10,084 nucleotides of DNA, taken from an uncultured Aquificales bacterium (lineage in GTDB: Bacteria; Thermosulfidibacterota; Thermosulfidibacteria; Thermosulfidibacterales; Thermosulfidibacteraceae). Position 1 is the stretch's first letter, and every line of letters starts with the position of its first letter. Below are positions 8,457-10,084 of the stretch, in pieces. The notes below the pieces were generated by a model. It saw nothing but the letters and a program-made list of their open reading frames with translations, did not search any database and was not told the origin of the DNA. The stretch is taken from NCBI GenBank assembly GCA_964453345.1, contig CAYVOC010000047.1:1-10084 (forward strand). Reading direction: 5' to 3'. The translations under genes were made by a program, and so were the position numbers.

Positions 8457-8541
8457 TGTGGAAAACACAGCTTTCCCACATTCACCAGGACCTTGTGTCC
8501 TGAGTGCTCCGTGTGGATTTCCTGTGTATATGTGTGGATTT
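8457..8541. promoter_or_regulatory. DnaA-box cluster downstream of dnaA
   Basis: Against TTWTNCACA: 8457-8465 (-) TTTTCCACA perfect; 8472-8480 (+) TTTCCCACA, 1 mismatch; 8512-8520 (-) AAATCCACA, 2 mismatches; 8523-8531 (-) ATATACACA, 1 mismatch; 8533-8541 (-) AAATCCACA, 2 mismatches. Confidence 0.85.
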
Positions 8542-8543
8542 TT

Positions 8544-9863
8544 TCAGAACTCAAGCCTCTTCTCCAGTTCTTCAACCGTTTTCCTCAGGGATTCATCCTT
8601 TTTCAACAGGTTTTCCACCTTCTTTATGCCGTGCAGGACCGAGGTGTGGTCCATGCCGCCGAACAGCTCGCCTATCTCAGGAAGGGAGAGGGCTGTGACC
8701 TTTCTTATAAGATACATGGCAACTTGCCTCGGAAGCACAATGTTCCTTGTTCTTTTGCGGGATCTGATCTCGCTCGGCTTCAGTCCAAATTTTTCTGCGA
8801 CGAGTTTTATGATGCTTTCCGGGGACAGATCCTCCTCCTGGTAGGGATACATGGAATCCAGGATCCTTTTTGCAAGATCCGCGTCTATCCTTTTGTGCAT
8901 GAGGGAGGCCATGGCCCCTATCTTTATCAAGCATCCTTCCAATTCTCTCACGTTGGATTTTACCCTTTTGGCGATAAGGTAGGCCACATCATCGGGTAGC
9001 TCTATCCCCTCTGCTTCCGCCTTTTTCTTGAGGATGGCGATTCTCGTTTCTAAATCCGGGGGCTGTATGTCCGCTATGAGTCCCCACTGGAATCTGGACT
9101 TCAGCCTCTCCTCGATGTGATCCATCTCCGCGGGGGGTCTATCGGAGGAAAGAACAATCTGTTTTCCCTCGTTGTGAAGCTCGTTGAAGGTGTGGAAGAA
9201 CTCCTCCTGGGTTCTGTCCTTGCCGGCAATGAACTGTATGTCATCTATGAGAAGAACGTCTGTTTTCCTGTATTTTTTGCGGAACTGGGCCATTTTGTCG
9301 TTCTTTATGCTGTCTATAAGCTCGTTCATGAACTTTTCCGCCGAGGTGTATGTGACCTTCAGGTTCCTGTGCTCCCTCAGGACCCTGTGCCCTATGGCGT
9401 GTAGCAGGTGGGTCTTCCCAAGCCCGACGCCCCCGTAGATGAAGAGCGGGTTGTATACTTTCCCGGGCTTCTCGGCCACGGCTAATGCGGATGCGTGGGC
9501 GAACTGGTTGCTCGGTCCCACCACAAAGTTTTCGAAGGTGTATTTGGGGTTGAGCTGGGGAGTTTGCTCCTTCTCTTGGGGTTTGTGTCTCTCCCCCTTC
9601 TCCCTGCTCTTCTCCTTTGTGTTCACCTCATACTCAAGCACGGGGTTTTCTATCCCCAAAACCCTGTGGGCCGCGTCTATTATCGCCGGCTCGAAGTTTT
9701 CGGATATCCAGTTCTTATAGAACTTGTTTGGAACCTCCAGAATGAGCCTGTTTCCATCTATGCCGGATAGAGAGGCCGGATTTAGCCAGGTCTCGACGCT
9801 TGAGGGGGGTATTTTGCCCTTCAGTTCCTCAAGGATGTTTTCCCAGATGGTTCTGAAGTCCAT
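8544..9863 (-). CDS. dnaA: Chromosomal replication initiator DnaA, 439 aa (start moved from the ORF-track 9914 to the ATG at 9863)
   Basis: LNPKYTFENFVVG, YNPLFIYGGVGLGKTHL (Walker A), LLIDDIQF (Walker B), QEEFFHTFN, RLKSRF, NVRELEG and domain IV SLPEIGxxFGGxDHTSVLH. A GGAG SD lies 7 nt before the ATG at 9863; the longer ORF start would run through DnaA boxes. Confidence 0.97.
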   Translation of the reverse strand: MDFRTIWENILEELKGKIPPSSVETWLNPASLSGIDGNRLILEVPNKFYKNWISENFEPAIIDAAHRVLGIENPVLEYEVNTKEKSREKGERHKPQEKEQTPQLNPKYTFENFVVGPSNQFAHASALAVAEKPGKVYNPLFIYGGVGLGKTHLLHAIGHRVLREHRNLKVTYTSAEKFMNELIDSIKNDKMAQFRKKYRKTDVLLIDDIQFIAGKDRTQEEFFHTFNELHNEGKQIVLSSDRPPAEMDHIEERLKSRFQWGLIADIQPPDLETRIAILKKKAEAEGIELPDDVAYLIAKRVKSNVRELEGCLIKIGAMASLMHKRIDADLAKRILDSMYPYQEEDLSPESIIKLVAEKFGLKPSEIRSRKRTRNIVLPRQVAMYLIRKVTALSLPEIGELFGGMDHTSVLHGIKKVENLLKKDESLRKTVEELEKRLEF

Positions 9864-9884
9864 GATCCATCTCCGGTTTCTCTT

Positions 9885-9994
9885 TTTTCCACAGCTCCAT
9901 GCGAATAAATCCACAAGAGAAAGTCCTTAATACTTAAAGTCTTACAGCTAACCCCCGGATCTTCTTGCCAAATTTTTCCACAGATTTTTCCACA
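9885..9994 (+). promoter_or_regulatory. DnaA-box cluster upstream of dnaA (second origin sub-region and/or dnaA autoregulatory operator)
   Basis: TTTTCCACA at 9885-9893, 9974-9982 and 9986-9994, and AAATCCACA at 9907-9915, all in the same orientation. 9972-9982 and 9984-9994 form an 11-nt direct repeat (ATTTTTCCACA). Confidence 0.85.
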
Positions 9995-10025
9995 ACGGGT
10001 TCCGGGTGAACACGGCACTTGAAGT

Positions 10026-10054
10026 TCTATATCAGAGAGTATTATCTGTATCAA
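10026..10054 (-). promoter_or_regulatory. Candidate sigma70-type promoter for dnaA
   Basis: Minus strand TTGATA (10054-10049), a 17-nt spacer ending in TGA (extended -10), then TATAGA (10031-10026). The -10 lacks the conserved final T, so this is tentative. Confidence 0.35.
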
Positions 10055-10084
10055 CTAATCGGCGGTGGGTTGGTGGCAGCTACT

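Larger units (their letters stand above)
8361..8543. other. Putative oriC unwinding sub-region (dnaA-dnaN intergenic)
   Basis: 183-nt non-coding gap containing five DnaA-box-like 9-mers, a DnaA-trio run and an AT-rich tract, in the order boxes, trios, AT-rich tract, dnaN. Confidence 0.85.

Noticed and set aside
8345..8575. 76-aa minus-strand ORF spanning the dnaA-dnaN gap
   Set aside because: It overlaps both genes and crosses the DnaA boxes, trios and AT-rich tract; there is no protein motif, and oriC explains the region better.
9864..9914. 17-aa N-terminal extension of DnaA in the ORF track
   Set aside because: It runs through DnaA boxes. The ATG at 9863 has an SD and gives a typical domain I start.
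10019..10045. Possible divergent plus-strand promoter TTGAAG-N15-TATTAT
   Set aside because: The spacer is short and no downstream gene is visible in the window, so it cannot be supported.
9821..10054. 77-aa minus-strand ORF upstream of and overlapping dnaA
   Set aside because: Its repeated GKI residues are translated DnaA boxes, and I see no other sign that it is coding.
10061..10084. G-rich stretch at the right edge as a possible RNA gene or CDS end
   Set aside because: Only 24 nt are visible, with no tRNA structure or assignable frame.
1..10084. CRISPR array, IS/transposon, prophage, tRNA/rRNA, intein or defence system
   Set aside because: There is no repeat-spacer pattern, recombinase gene, RNA-gene structure or unexplained ORF; the window is accounted for by seven core genes and origin DNA.

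Overview
This is a core chromosomal region around a bacterial replication origin. Seven intact housekeeping genes run head-to-tail on the minus strand: dnaA, dnaN, gyrB, gatA, gatB, hisC (hisHb-type aminotransferase) and tyrA. From dnaN to tyrA the gaps are only 2, 13, 12, 3 and -4 nt, so these six genes probably form one translationally coupled operon. recF, gyrA and gatC are missing from their usual positions. The two real intergenic regions, between dnaA and dnaN (8361-8543) and upstream of dnaA (9864-10084), both carry clustered DnaA boxes. The dnaA-dnaN gap also has a DnaA-trio run and an AT-rich tract, which fits a bipartite oriC that unwinds just upstream of dnaN. I found no mobile element, CRISPR array, RNA gene or unexplained ORF, and I cannot support a wholly new system here. 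The points worth a second look are the origin architecture, a non-canonical DnaA DNA-binding signature, the mixed-function operon, a natural GyrB D426E substitution and a hairpin over the dnaN ribosome-binding site.
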